In this document: in pieces, positions 42,253 through 52,479 of the stretch | Numbering within the stretch: position 1 is the stretch's first letter | Layout of the letters: each line of letters begins with the position of its first letter | DNA from: Candidatus Bathyarchaeota archaeon | GTDB lineage: Archaea > Thermoproteota > Bathyarchaeia > Bathyarchaeales > Bathycorpusculaceae | Reading direction: 5' to 3' | Assembly: GCA_963702095.1 (NCBI GenBank) | Contig: OY969706.1 | Coordinates: 1,664,001-1,728,000 of the forward strand | DNA length: 64,000 bases | Program-made: the position numbers and the translations under genes | The notes under the pieces: generated by a model | What the model was told of the DNA's origin: nothing | Seen by the model: the letters and a program-made list of their open reading frames with translations, nothing else | Databases searched by the model: none

Positions 42253-44142
42253 ATGGGCAGAAGTAGAGAAATAGCTTCGCTTTTTTTCATCGGCGTCTTT
42301 GTGGTGATCATTGCTATCCCTACCGCCATAGCAAGTGTTCCAAGCGTTTCAGCGCTACCTAATTCCACATACACTGAGCAATTCACCGTTTTAGGACACA
42401 GATTGTATCTTTCAGTTGAGCCTTCACTTATTAGCTACTACGGTAACCTCAGTGACGCGTTGAGTTCTGACAGGGACTGGGCAAAATTGGTAACTCCTAA
42501 CGCAGTGCAACCGATCGCTGACAGCATATTAAAAATCACACATGACTTGTCAAACAGCGATGAACAATTCGCTGACGCTGTGTTATCGATGGTTCATCAA
42601 ATCCCCTATAACATAACAGGAGCAAAATACCCTGTTGAAACCTTAGTGGATAATAACGGCGACTGCGGTGCCCTCTCACTGCTTGCGGCATCTATCCTTA
42701 AAGCGGGAGGATTAGACGTTATCTTGATCAAGTATACAGGGATAGACCCCGGACACATGAACGTCGGTGTCTACTTGCAACATTCACCGGTTTACCATAG
42801 TTTCTTTATGAGCACCAACAGTTTTGAATGCGACAACAAAACCTACTGGACGGCAGAAGCTACAAATGCCCAAGACTGGAAAGTCGGAGACCAATCCGAT
42901 ATCCTGTCAGTGGCACAGCATATTTGTATTCCACTAAATAATTCAGCGCAATCATCGCCTGGACAGGTATGCGTAAGTATGGATAAACCGCCAAATGCTT
43001 CTTCGATAACAGTGAATGTATCCACGCAATCTATTAGCGCACGGCAAAACAGGTCACTTGTAATCTATGGCGAAATCCCGCTTTCAAACGCCACTAACAA
43101 CATAAGCTTATATGTTAACAGAAACGGATCTTGCGCAAACTACTTTTCAGCTTTCACGGATACAAATGGCAGCTACCGCTTCGTATGGAATTTCTCTTCG
43201 GATGGCACCTATTATATTACTGCAAGCTGGAGCGGCAACGGAACAGTTAGAGGGGCAGACAGCGAAACTCTTGTGGCTTTTGTTGGACCGCAATCGTTAT
43301 TGCAGTTTTCCTCCGACGCTTATAACTACATCATTGCTCGGGGAATGGGCAATCCAACTAAGCCTAACATTGGAATTAACAAGTTCCTCAGCATCCCACT
43401 TCAAACAAACATTTCCTTAAGCTACGATTTTATTGTCCTCAACACGGGCAGCGGAGCATCAGGGATTCCAACTCAAACCTTTACTCTACCAGCCGAACAA
43501 CAACAAGTCATACGAATCATGAACAGGCAAACTGTCCAAGTTATTCCCAAGCCTGCTCGAACCATAGTGGTGCCAACTGAAGTACCCACAGGTATGGAGG
43601 TGCTGCGGTTACCTGATGATTTTAACCGAACTATAAACAGTAACTTTGCACTTATTCTACAGAAATCCAATAGCAGCTACATTTTAGACATTAAAGGATT
43701 AAATGACTATGACCTTTCAGATTTAAAAGGAAGCCAAAGTAACGCTACAGTCCTAAACGCAACCCAGAATGTACTACAGGGTACCTGGTATAGAGTTGTA
43801 AATACAATCTTGGATGATGGTGTAACCACCGATCTTCAAGCAAAGAACGACACCTCGCTTCTAAATTATTCGTCTACAGAAAAGCTCGATGACGCCAAAC
43901 AGCTTGCACTGCTCATCGCAAACAGCGTGGATAGCGCCATTGTTATGAAAAACATTAAAATCGAACAAATTACCACACCTCAACCAACCCAATCCGCTAA
44001 CGCCGATTCTAAACTCCCAGCCTCATTCTTGCTCTACCTTTTCGGTTTAATGGCGTTAGTAATTGCGATCTTTGTAGCCCCAATAATTTATGTTGTAGCC
44101 AAAAAACAAAGGTATACTAAAGCGAAATCAGCAGTGGTTTAG
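42253..44142 (+). CDS. Surface-anchored transglutaminase-like (Cys-His-Glu) protein with Ig-like domain
   Basis: YPVETL....GDC, HMNVGV, AEAT; GTYYITASWSG; C-terminal TM. Confidence 0.75.
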   Translation: MGRSREIASLFFIGVFVVIIAIPTAIASVPSVSALPNSTYTEQFTVLGHRLYLSVEPSLISYYGNLSDALSSDRDWAKLVTPNAVQPIADSILKITHDLSNSDEQFADAVLSMVHQIPYNITGAKYPVETLVDNNGDCGALSLLAASILKAGGLDVILIKYTGIDPGHMNVGVYLQHSPVYHSFFMSTNSFECDNKTYWTAEATNAQDWKVGDQSDILSVAQHICIPLNNSAQSSPGQVCVSMDKPPNASSITVNVSTQSISARQNRSLVIYGEIPLSNATNNISLYVNRNGSCANYFSAFTDTNGSYRFVWNFSSDGTYYITASWSGNGTVRGADSETLVAFVGPQSLLQFSSDAYNYIIARGMGNPTKPNIGINKFLSIPLQTNISLSYDFIVLNTGSGASGIPTQTFTLPAEQQQVIRIMNRQTVQVIPKPARTIVVPTEVPTGMEVLRLPDDFNRTINSNFALILQKSNSSYILDIKGLNDYDLSDLKGSQSNATVLNATQNVLQGTWYRVVNTILDDGVTTDLQAKNDTSLLNYSSTEKLDDAKQLALLIANSVDSAIVMKNIKIEQITTPQPTQSANADSKLPASFLLYLFGLMALVIAIFVAPIIYVVAKKQRYTKAKSAVV

Positions 44143-44321
44143 CTGCCGTTTGAGTAATCCTCCTTCAAAATCTGAGTAACTACAGAGCTGCAAAATCACC
44201 TAGTTTGCGGGACGCTGCTTTAACAGGGGATAGATGATGTCGCCGTCCCAGCCTCAGGGCAAGTAATTTACACTCTGGTTGATTTATAATACCACAAAGA
44301 AAAGCATGGTATACCCGCATG

Positions 44322-44705
44322 CTATCTTGTTAACCAGCTATTTTTTTTGAAGCTTCGAATTGCAGGAAACAGTACCCATGGCAATACAAAAGCGGACATT
44401 AAATTCATCACTGGTTTATACTTCCATTGCTTGGCTGTTGGATCCCTAAATTTGTAGTCTAAACCCATAACTATTCCAATCATCAACTGTCCAGCCAAGT
44501 ATGTAACAGGGTACAAGTATGAGTGAAGAAAAATTGGACCATAAATGAATATGGAAATGATTATAGCTGGAGAGATAAAGGCTGACATGAACTCCAAATA
44601 GAACATCACAGCCATTATCGGGCCGAAAAAAAGGGGGCTTATCATAGCGAAACCCCCAGTGAGCACCAAAACTGTTACGATTGTTGCGACAACCCGCAGC
44701 CTCAA
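44322..44705 (-). pseudogene. Probable C-terminal remnant of a membrane GT2 glycosyltransferase
   Basis: Three TM segments ending ...SWLTR; no catalytic domain upstream. Confidence 0.45.
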
Positions 44706-44789
44706 ATCCTGGACTGCTCCTTTTTGGTTTGTGAAGATTGTATCGTAATTTCGCTGGGCAAAACAACCGTCATTTCAAGTTTGCTTTGG

Positions 44790-45030
44790 TCTTTATATAT
44801 CTCGTTGGAATGGAGTGCAGCGGATATGATGGATGAGGCAATAGGTGTTTGGATAGTTCATAATACATTCTTGTATCTTTAGGTAGGCAGTGTCCGCCTA
44901 TGCCTTGTCTAGCTTCTAGAATGTTTTCGTTCCATTTTGTATTAACTGAGGCTCGGAGTTTCCTGAAAGTTAAGGCCTTGGTCGTCGCAGAACATTTTTA
45001 GTTCTTCTGCTCTGAAATACTGTAAAATGG
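44790..45030 (-). pseudogene. Remnant of UDP-glucose/GDP-mannose dehydrogenase family gene
   Basis: Manual translation AEELKMFCDDQGLNFQE/LRASVNTKWNENILEARQGIGGHCLPKDTRMYY contains the catalytic GGHCLPKD motif at 44875-44898. Frameshifted; NAD-binding domain absent. Confidence 0.75.
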
Positions 45031-45422
45031 GGAGCAGGAGTATCTTCAGAAGGGCAAGCCCTCAATTGATTCTTTTGTCTCTGTTTCTTAAGAACGCGTA
45101 CGCCCGGGAGCGCCTTGTAATCTCTCAAAGTCCATTAGCATTTTTGACCGCACTTCTTTTGCTCAACAGACCGCTCTAGCATATTTTCGCATGTTTAACG
45201 CCTAGAAACTTTAACGCTTACGCGTCAACATAGTTTCCCAGACGTTGCCGTCCGTGTAACTCTGAGTTTTCATCCCGTTAAGTCAACTTAATGCCTTCTC
45301 ATCATCCGGCAAACACATTAATGAAGCCGAAAATAAAAGCCTTTAACCATCAAGTGTAGAATACTTATGGGATTACACTTTTATTGGTGTTCAAGTAAGC
45401 ATTTGGTAAGGAGTAGTATACC

Positions 45423-45995
45423 GTGGATTTTATTGGAAGCCAAACCGAAAAGAACCTCTTAACAGCTTTCGCAGGGGAATCCCAAGCGCGAAACCGATAC
45501 ACGTTTTTTGCAAGCGTAGCCAAAAAAGAAGGCTATGAACAGATAGCAGCCATCTTTGAAGAGACAGCGGCAAACGAAAAAGAACACGCTGAACTATTCT
45601 TCAAACACCTAAAAGGCGGCATGGTTGAAATCACCGCTTCGTACCCGGCAGGCGTCATTGCATCAACCGCAGATAACCTCAAAGCAGCGGCGGAAGGCGA
45701 AAAACTCGAGTGGGGAACGCTCTACCCAGGCTTTGCAGAAATCGCCCAAAAAGAGGGGTTCATGGATGTTGCAACAACGTTCCGTATGGTTGCCCAAGTG
45801 GAAACTTACCATGAACGCCGATACAACAAGCTACTGGAAAATGTTCAAACAGGCAAAGTCTTCAAGAAAGACACCAAAATCAAATGGAAATGCAGAAACT
45901 GCGGCTTGGTCATCGAAGGCCCCGAAGCCCCAGACAAATGCCCAACCTGTGCCCATCCGAAAGCTTACTTTGAAATATTCGCAGAAAACTACTAA
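45423..45995 (+). CDS. rbr: Rubrerythrin
   Basis: AFAGESQARNRY, EKEHA, E..E...LY, C-terminal WKCRNCG...CPTC.HP. Confidence 0.93.
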   Translation: MDFIGSQTEKNLLTAFAGESQARNRYTFFASVAKKEGYEQIAAIFEETAANEKEHAELFFKHLKGGMVEITASYPAGVIASTADNLKAAAEGEKLEWGTLYPGFAEIAQKEGFMDVATTFRMVAQVETYHERRYNKLLENVQTGKVFKKDTKIKWKCRNCGLVIEGPEAPDKCPTCAHPKAYFEIFAENY

Positions 45996-46060
45996 CCACT
46001 TTTTTCTTTTATGATCCGTTAACTGGCTCTTTGAATAAGGAATTTAACGCTTTCTTGTTC

Positions 46061-46234
46061 TTTATGTGGGTGTGGCGGTTTATGGAGCACCACAAGACTG
46101 CAACTGGACGCGGTTGCTTTTTGGGGCTGCAATGGTTTTTGGCGTCTGTTACGGTGTAGGAATGGCATTTTCTTCCACACGCGGTACATGGCTCCATGCA
46201 GGCGCCGACGCGATGTGTGTGTGAAAGCATGTAT
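46061..46234 (+). repeat. Dispersed intergenic repeat family A, copy A2 (weaker similarity continues to ~46288)
   Basis: tttatgtgggtgtggcggttt ... catggctccatgca ... gtgaaagcatgtat. Confidence 0.9.
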
Positions 46235-46294
46235 CATTTGCTTTCTTAGCGAGACAGCGAACAGCAACGACAGCACAATACAGCGGGCACTAGC

Positions 46295-46486
46295 ATGGCT
46301 TCCTTAAATCCCTTATTAGACAAGCTTGCTGGCACTAATTCCAAGATAATAATCACATTCCAAGATATCACATTGGACACAGAAACAGTAAAAGCAAAAA
46401 TAAGCGGTTCAATAGCCTTAAATGCTGAATACATAAAGCCACTACAAACCAAACGCTGGCAGAATAGAAAAACGAGTCCTAGTTAA
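46295..46486 (+). CDS. Small hypothetical protein, paralog of 46631-46879
   Basis: LLDKLAGTNSKIIITFQDITLD..KAKISGSIAL versus VLDKLAGTKSDLKLTFEDLTLD..KARVNGAIVL. Confidence 0.6.
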   Translation: MASLNPLLDKLAGTNSKIIITFQDITLDTETVKAKISGSIALNAEYIKPLQTKRWQNRKTSPS

Positions 46487-46630
46487 GCCTAAAGTATGTG
46501 TGAGCTTAGGCTTTTTCCTACAAGTCCTCTTCCGCCTGATGAAAAACGCTTTCTTAAACAAGTGTTGCTACAATCTTGCAATCACATGGATATTTATTGT
46601 TTTTTTAACCATAGAAAAATGGTGTTTTAA

Positions 46631-46879
46631 ATGCAAAATAATAAAGCAAACATGTCAGAGGCAATGGATAAAGGCTCACAAGCCCTGCAACAAACCGCTG
46701 AAACTGTTGGCGACACTATAGTAGAAGTTTTGGATAAACTTGCTGGAACAAAATCAGACCTGAAACTAACATTCGAAGACTTAACACTCGACGCCCAATA
46801 CTTCAAGGCAAGAGTAAACGGCGCAATAGTGCTTGATGTCACACTGGCAAAAGAAGCTAAAACCTCTGCAAATTACTAG
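46631..46879 (+). CDS. Small hypothetical protein
   Basis: 82-aa ORF with GGTG SD; paralogous to the upstream ORF. Confidence 0.7.
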   Translation: MQNNKANMSEAMDKGSQALQQTAETVGDTIVEVLDKLAGTKSDLKLTFEDLTLDAQYFKARVNGAIVLDVTLAKEAKTSANY

Positions 46880-47185
46880 CTCTTGGGCAAGCAAAACTAC
46901 TTCCCAGTTTTTTTAATTAATTATTATGATTATGACTGTTTTTTAGTGAAAAAGAAAATCGATGAAAACAAAATCGATGGACAGAAGCAGTGCAAAGAAA
47001 TCGCAAAATATCCTCGAGTTAGCGCCATAACAGTATTTGCAAACTTTTAGGTATAAATTAATTTACGCCTTCCTACAGGGATGGATATTAAGGTTCAAGA
47101 GGCGTTAGCAGATTTAGAAATCCCTGATATATTAGGGGGAAAATCTATCTACGATAAAACCCAACTGTATTCATTGTGAACAGTC

Positions 47186-48802
47186 ATGAGTCAAAACCAA
47201 ATGTTCTGCTACCAATGCGAACAAACAGCCAAAGGAGTGGGCTGCACCATTGCAGGAGTCTGCGGCAAAACAGCAGAAGTCGCAAACCTCCAAGACCTAC
47301 TTGTTTACAAACTCAGAGAACTCAGCCAACTCGCAATCCTCGCGAATAACAATGGCTTGCGGGATGAAAAAACTGATGCCTTCACAGCAGAGGCACTATT
47401 CGCCACGTTGACCAACGTAAACTTTGACCCCCAAGCCATCGTAGCTTACCTACGGAAAATCGAGCAACTCCAACTGGAAGTGCAAAAGAAACTCTACAAC
47501 AAAAACCCCTACCTACAACTTGAAAGCACCACTGAGGGCTTAGTTGCACAGGCCAAAGAACACGGCATAAACTCTGAGCCCAACCTCAACGCCGACTTGC
47601 ACTCATTGCAGTGGCTCTTAACTTTTGGCTTAAAAGGCGTCACCGCCTACACCTACCACGCATACCTGCTGGGCAAAAAAGACCCCAAAGTCTTCGACTT
47701 CATCTATGAAGCATTAGCCGCGCCACTAAACAAAGCCTTGGGCGTCAACGAGTTCGTCGCTTTGGTATTCAAATGCGGAGAAATCAACATCCGAGCCATG
47801 GAACTCCTCGACGCCGGCAACACTGAGCACTACGGCAACCCAACCCCCACCAAAGTGCCTCTGGGACACAAAAAGGGCAAAGCCATCCTTGTCTCAGGCC
47901 ACGACCTAATCGACCTCGAAGAAATCCTCAAGCAAACACAGGGCACAGCCATCACAGTCTACACCCACGGCGAAATGCTCCCCACCCACGGCTACCCCGA
48001 GCTAAAAAAGTACCCCAACTTCTACGGCCACTACGGCACCGCATGGCAAAACCAACAGAGGGAATTCGCAGCTTTCCCCGGCGCCATCTTGATGACCACC
48101 AACTGCATTCAGCGCCCCATGGACAGCTACAGCAAAAACACCTTCACCACAGGACCCGTCGGCTACCCCGGCGTCACCCACTTGAGTGGACCAGACTTTA
48201 GCGCCGTCGTCAACAAAGCCCAAAAACTCCCAGGTTTCCAAGACGACGCCGAAGGCAAAACCGTGCTGGTCGGCTTCGGACACAACGCAGTGCTAAGCGT
48301 CGCAGACAAAGTCATCCAATCCGTCAAAGACGGTCATATCAAACGCTTCATACTAGTCGGCGGATGCGACGGCGCCAAACCAGGACGCAGCTACTACACC
48401 GAATTCGTAGAGAAAGCACCCAAAAACACCATCATCTTGACGTTGGCATGCGGCAAATTCCGCTTCTTCGACAAGGAACTGGGCACCATCGACGAAATCC
48501 CGCGGCTCCTCGACATTGGACAATGCAACGACGCCTACAGCGCAGTCAAAATCGCCAATGCATTAGCCGACGCATTCCATGGGGGAGTCAACGATTTGCC
48601 ACTATCGATAGTGCTGTCTTGGTATGAACAGAAAGCCGTAGCCATACTGCTCTCACTGCTCTACTTGGGCATAAAAGACATCCGCATCGGACCCAGCCTC
48701 CCCGCATTCATAACGCCAGGCATCCTCAAGGTTTTGGTTGAGAAATTCAACATCATGCCTATCAAGACGGCGGATGAAGACCTCAAAGCCATCATGAAGT
48801 AA
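47186..48802 (+). CDS. hcp: Hybrid cluster protein (hydroxylamine/NO reductase)
   Basis: MFCYQCEQT...GC...GVCGK, SGHDL, HGEMLP, GGCDG, GQCND, WYEQKA. Confidence 0.95.
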   Translation: MSQNQMFCYQCEQTAKGVGCTIAGVCGKTAEVANLQDLLVYKLRELSQLAILANNNGLRDEKTDAFTAEALFATLTNVNFDPQAIVAYLRKIEQLQLEVQKKLYNKNPYLQLESTTEGLVAQAKEHGINSEPNLNADLHSLQWLLTFGLKGVTAYTYHAYLLGKKDPKVFDFIYEALAAPLNKALGVNEFVALVFKCGEINIRAMELLDAGNTEHYGNPTPTKVPLGHKKGKAILVSGHDLIDLEEILKQTQGTAITVYTHGEMLPTHGYPELKKYPNFYGHYGTAWQNQQREFAAFPGAILMTTNCIQRPMDSYSKNTFTTGPVGYPGVTHLSGPDFSAVVNKAQKLPGFQDDAEGKTVLVGFGHNAVLSVADKVIQSVKDGHIKRFILVGGCDGAKPGRSYYTEFVEKAPKNTIILTLACGKFRFFDKELGTIDEIPRLLDIGQCNDAYSAVKIANALADAFHGGVNDLPLSIVLSWYEQKAVAILLSLLYLGIKDIRIGPSLPAFITPGILKVLVEKFNIMPIKTADEDLKAIMK

Positions 48803-48804
48803 AA

Positions 48805-48836
48805 AGGGCTTCACCCCCTTGCCCATTTTTCTTTTT
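48805..48836 (+). terminator. Hairpin plus T-tract after hcp
   Basis: gggc-ttcaccccttt-like loop-gccc followed by atttttcttttt. Confidence 0.4.
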
Positions 48837-49120
48837 CAATATTCTACAAAACTAGGTATAGATTCACGGCGTTCTCTGAGGTATTTATCAATAATCTTTT
48901 GTGCTTTAGAAGGCACCTTACAGCTGTTTTTGGATAAAACCGAGTAGGTAAATGCTTGGGTGTCGGAGTTGGAGTTGTAGGAAGTCACTGAAAAAACCAC
49001 GTCGAGTTTTTTAGCTTGCAACGCCAAGTTGATTTCCTTTTCCATAGTCTTTAAATCTTGGGGTAAGTCCAAAAAGTCACCAATACAAGGTTGACGGGCG
49101 AGAATATAAGTCCGTAGCAT
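48836..49120 (-). CDS. Hypothetical protein
   Basis: 94-aa ORF filling the intergenic gap; no motif. Confidence 0.5.
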   Translation of the reverse strand: MLRTYILARQPCIGDFLDLPQDLKTMEKEINLALQAKKLDVVFSVTSYNSNSDTQAFTYSVLSKNSCKVPSKAQKIIDKYLRERRESIPSFVEY

Positions 49121-49201
49121 TGTATCTCTATAGCCTTAGGAATGTTTTATTAAATTAGACGGCGTATCAGAACAGCAAAATTAAAGGGGGAAAAGGATAA
49201 A

Positions 49202-50116
49202 ATGCCGAAGGCGCCGATGAACACTAAAGTTAAAGCTGTCTTTTTAACCATACTTGCCGGCGCCCTCTGGGGCACTTCGTTCCCAATTATCAAGATCGGT
49301 TTAGGAACCATCGACCCCTACACATTCGTTTTCTGGCGCTTCCTAGTTTCCGCAGTTACGCTCCTTGCGGTTATGCTTGCTCTGGGAAAATTCAAATTCG
49401 GCGTACCTAACAAAAAACTGATTCTTTTTTTGGGCATCATGAACGCCGCGGGTTACCTGCTCCAATACGTTGCTATGCCATATACAACAGCCGCTAAAGC
49501 AGCGTTATTCATTAACCTCAGCGCCATGTGGGTTGCCATAATGAGCCCCAGACTTCTAGGAGAAAGCTTCACACCGAAAAAGATCGCGGGCATCGTCGTC
49601 GGCTTATTGGGCGTTGTTTTAGTCAGCACAAACCTCGATTTCGGCGCGCTTGTCGAGGGCCAGTTGATAGGCGATTTGGTGCTGATTGTTTCGGGCGTAA
49701 CTTGGGCAGTGTTTATGGTTTACAACAAAAAAATGGTAATGAACTCCACCACTGAAACCTTTCAATCTATGACGTGGGTGCTGCTGTTTACTTTTCTCTC
49801 GATTGTGCCTTTCACGATTCTGGCTGGCCCGGGCTTCTTTACGCTTTCCAGTTGGGCATGGTTGGGCATCATATGGACAGCCATTGTATGCTGGGTGATA
49901 CCCTATTACCTGTGGTTGGAGGGGCTGAAGTACCTTTCAGCTTCGGTCTCCACCGTGTTGCTGCTCTCGGAAATCGTTATAGCCGTGATACTTTCGATTG
50001 TCGTTTTAAAGGAGCCTATCACCGTCTTCTCTACAGTAGGCGCCCTCCTCATCGTTATCGCTATAGCGTTTGTTTCTGTGCAGGACAAAAAAACCAGCGC
50101 AGCAAAAACCGCCTAA
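49202..50116 (+). CDS. EamA/DMT family transporter
   Basis: LWGTSF..IK, about 10 TMs, duplicated EamA halves. Confidence 0.88.
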   Translation: MPKAPMNTKVKAVFLTILAGALWGTSFPIIKIGLGTIDPYTFVFWRFLVSAVTLLAVMLALGKFKFGVPNKKLILFLGIMNAAGYLLQYVAMPYTTAAKAALFINLSAMWVAIMSPRLLGESFTPKKIAGIVVGLLGVVLVSTNLDFGALVEGQLIGDLVLIVSGVTWAVFMVYNKKMVMNSTTETFQSMTWVLLFTFLSIVPFTILAGPGFFTLSSWAWLGIIWTAIVCWVIPYYLWLEGLKYLSASVSTVLLLSEIVIAVILSIVVLKEPITVFSTVGALLIVIAIAFVSVQDKKTSAAKTA

Positions 50117-50185
50117 GTGTTCACTTGCATAGTCCTTAAGCTTATATACGTAAAGCAGCGATTATGGGGAACAGGGAGAAGTAAA

Positions 50186-51034
50186 ATGGCAAAAGTATTA
50201 ACTGTAGCTTTAGTTGTGATAATGCTCGTTGTTGGCTTTGGCATCGGCTTAATTTCCAGTCCATTTCTAATGGCGCAAAATTCCGGCACTACAGATACTG
50301 TTTGGGAACACATCAAGAATACAGGTGTCATCAGAGTTGGTACAGACCCAACTTGGCCACCATACCAACTGACAGATTCAAAAGACACCAGCAAAATAAT
50401 CGGCTTCGAAGTTGACTTAGCAAATGCGGCTGCCGCAAAACTTGGCGTAAGAATCGAATGGGTATCCTCAAACTTCGGTGACATCATTACCTCAGTGCAG
50501 AACGGACAACTCGATATGGGTGTCAGCGGCTTCTCAATTACAACGGAAAGACTTGCTCAAGTTGACTTCACAATACCTCACAGCGTTTCACAATCACAGA
50601 TAATCATGCTGAAAAGCACCATGGACAAGTATCACTTAACAAACACAAGCATAACTTCTCTTTCACAGCTCAATGACTTAGGCATAATTGTTGGAACACA
50701 AAGCGGCGAAGTTGAAGAGCAAGAACTAAATGATGCACACGTACAGAACCACGCATGGACAGATTCGACATCAGCCCCCATGGACATGATTAGCACGAAC
50801 CCAAGTGTAGAAGCAGTATATGCAGAAACTCCAGTTACCAACGCATGGATCGACCAGTACGCACTAGAAGGCAAAGATATACGCGTCGTCTACAGTCACC
50901 CATACTATCCAGTAGCGTTCGTTGTTGCTAAAAATTCACATACATTTCTGGACCAGATAAACGGTGCTATAACCGAATTGATCGCCGATGGAACAGTTGA
51001 TCAACTGAAAGCACAGTGGCATGCAGAAACGTGA
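50186..51034 (+). CDS. Polar amino-acid ABC transporter substrate-binding protein (TM-anchored)
   Basis: IRVGT...WPPY, GFEVDLA, SITTER...VDFT.P, GTV..L...W. Confidence 0.88.
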   Translation: MAKVLTVALVVIMLVVGFGIGLISSPFLMAQNSGTTDTVWEHIKNTGVIRVGTDPTWPPYQLTDSKDTSKIIGFEVDLANAAAAKLGVRIEWVSSNFGDIITSVQNGQLDMGVSGFSITTERLAQVDFTIPHSVSQSQIIMLKSTMDKYHLTNTSITSLSQLNDLGIIVGTQSGEVEEQELNDAHVQNHAWTDSTSAPMDMISTNPSVEAVYAETPVTNAWIDQYALEGKDIRVVYSHPYYPVAFVVAKNSHTFLDQINGAITELIADGTVDQLKAQWHAET

Positions 51035-51040
51035 TAAGTA

Positions 51041-51687
51041 GTGGTTGCTGAGCAACAATTAATCTACCTATTGGAAGGAGTCCCACTAACTCTTTCCATT
51101 TCTCTCATTTCTTTTCTAATCGGGATAGCGGTTGGTATACCGTTAGCGTTTATCAGGGTTTACGAAAGAGAAATTAGTTTTGTCGTCGATGCTTACGAAA
51201 AAGTTTTCCGAGGTCTTCCAGAAATCGTTCTTATGCTCCTATTATATTTAGGCCTGCCACCTTCTTCCCAGTATTTAGCAACCCATTCTTGGTGGCGTGC
51301 TTTGTGTTGGGTTTAAGAAGCGGCGCCAATCAATCGCAAATATTTAGAGGTGCAATCAGAGGGGTTGGCGACGAACAGTTGATTGCCGGAGTATCTATTG
51401 GCCTCTCTAAATGGAGGGCTATTTGGGAGATCATGGTTCCACAAGTTTTTACCTTCTCAACTCCAGGTTTAGCAAGCGAGTATGCACTGCTGGTAAAGGA
51501 CTCCTCATACGTCTTTGTCCTCGCATTGCTGGATTTGACAAGGCGGGCAGATGTACTGAGAATAAACACGAATAACTACATAACATGGTATGTACTCGCA
51601 GCGTTACTCTATGTTGCCTTAACTTTCCCAGTTGCGTTCTATTTGGACAGATGGGGAAATAAACGGAAGAAAAAAATAGGGTTGTAA
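51041..51687 (+). CDS. Amino-acid ABC permease; -1 frameshift near 51260
   Basis: FRGLPE and IFRGAI.GV...Q (EAA loop), LVKDSS; halves lie in two overlapping ORFs. Confidence 0.8.
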
Positions 51688-51692
51688 AGCAA

Positions 51693-52472
51693 ATGACAGA
51701 ATTTGTGATGGAAGCAAAACATGTCTTCAAGAATTACACAATCAAGGGTCAGAAAAAGGAAGACACAAAAATAGTTCAGGCAGTCAAAGATGTCTCTCTA
51801 CAAATTCGCAAGGGAGACATTAAACTCATCTTTGGTCCAAGCGGTTCTGGAAAAAGCACGTTTCTTCGTTGCATGGATATGCTTGACATCCCCGACCAAG
51901 GCGAGATATACCTTGGCGACATGTGTTTAACAGCAAAAAACGTTGACTTAAACAAGGCTCGTGCAAGAATAGGCTTTGTTTTTCAGCATATCTACCTATT
52001 TAGGCATCTCACGGTTTTAGGCAACGTTGAGTTGGCTTTGCGGCAAGTTCTTAAACTGTCCAAAGATGAAGCCCGTAAACGTGCAATGGCTGCCTTGACA
52101 GAGGTCAAAGTCACTGACTGCGTTAACAAGTACCCAGCGCAGCTTTCAGGCGGGCAGGCGCAGAGAGTAGGCATAGCCAGAGCCATAGCGCGTCAACCAG
52201 ACATTATACTGCTCGATGAACCAACATCAGCCCTGGACCCTGAACTTACCGGTGAAGTCATCGATACATTGCGCGACTTAGCTCACGAAGGCACAACTAT
52301 GCTTATAGTAAGCCACGAAATGCCGTTTGCAAAAGAAGTTGCGGAAGAAATGATATTCTATGATGAGGGGCACATCATCGAAACTGGGCCGCCTTCTCTT
52401 TTCTTTAACGCTCCAAACACTGACCGTGCAAAACAATTCATGGATAGAATAATTAATCGAACAACAAGGTAA
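51693..52472 (+). CDS. Amino-acid ABC ATP-binding protein
   Basis: GPSGSGKST, LSGGQ.QR, LLDEPTSALDPE, SHEM. Confidence 0.92.
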   Translation: MTEFVMEAKHVFKNYTIKGQKKEDTKIVQAVKDVSLQIRKGDIKLIFGPSGSGKSTFLRCMDMLDIPDQGEIYLGDMCLTAKNVDLNKARARIGFVFQHIYLFRHLTVLGNVELALRQVLKLSKDEARKRAMAALTEVKVTDCVNKYPAQLSGGQAQRVGIARAIARQPDIILLDEPTSALDPELTGEVIDTLRDLAHEGTTMLIVSHEMPFAKEVAEEMIFYDEGHIIETGPPSLFFNAPNTDRAKQFMDRIINRTTR

Positions 52473-52479
52473 TAACCGC

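Noticed and set aside
44200-44260. gggacg...cgtccc inverted repeat as ncRNA
   Set aside because: Only a 6-bp stem with no other support; no tRNA or recognised RNA features.
47080-47180. Short ORF MDIKVQEALADLEIPDILGG... upstream of hcp
   Set aside because: About 32 codons with no recognisable homology or clear initiation signal.
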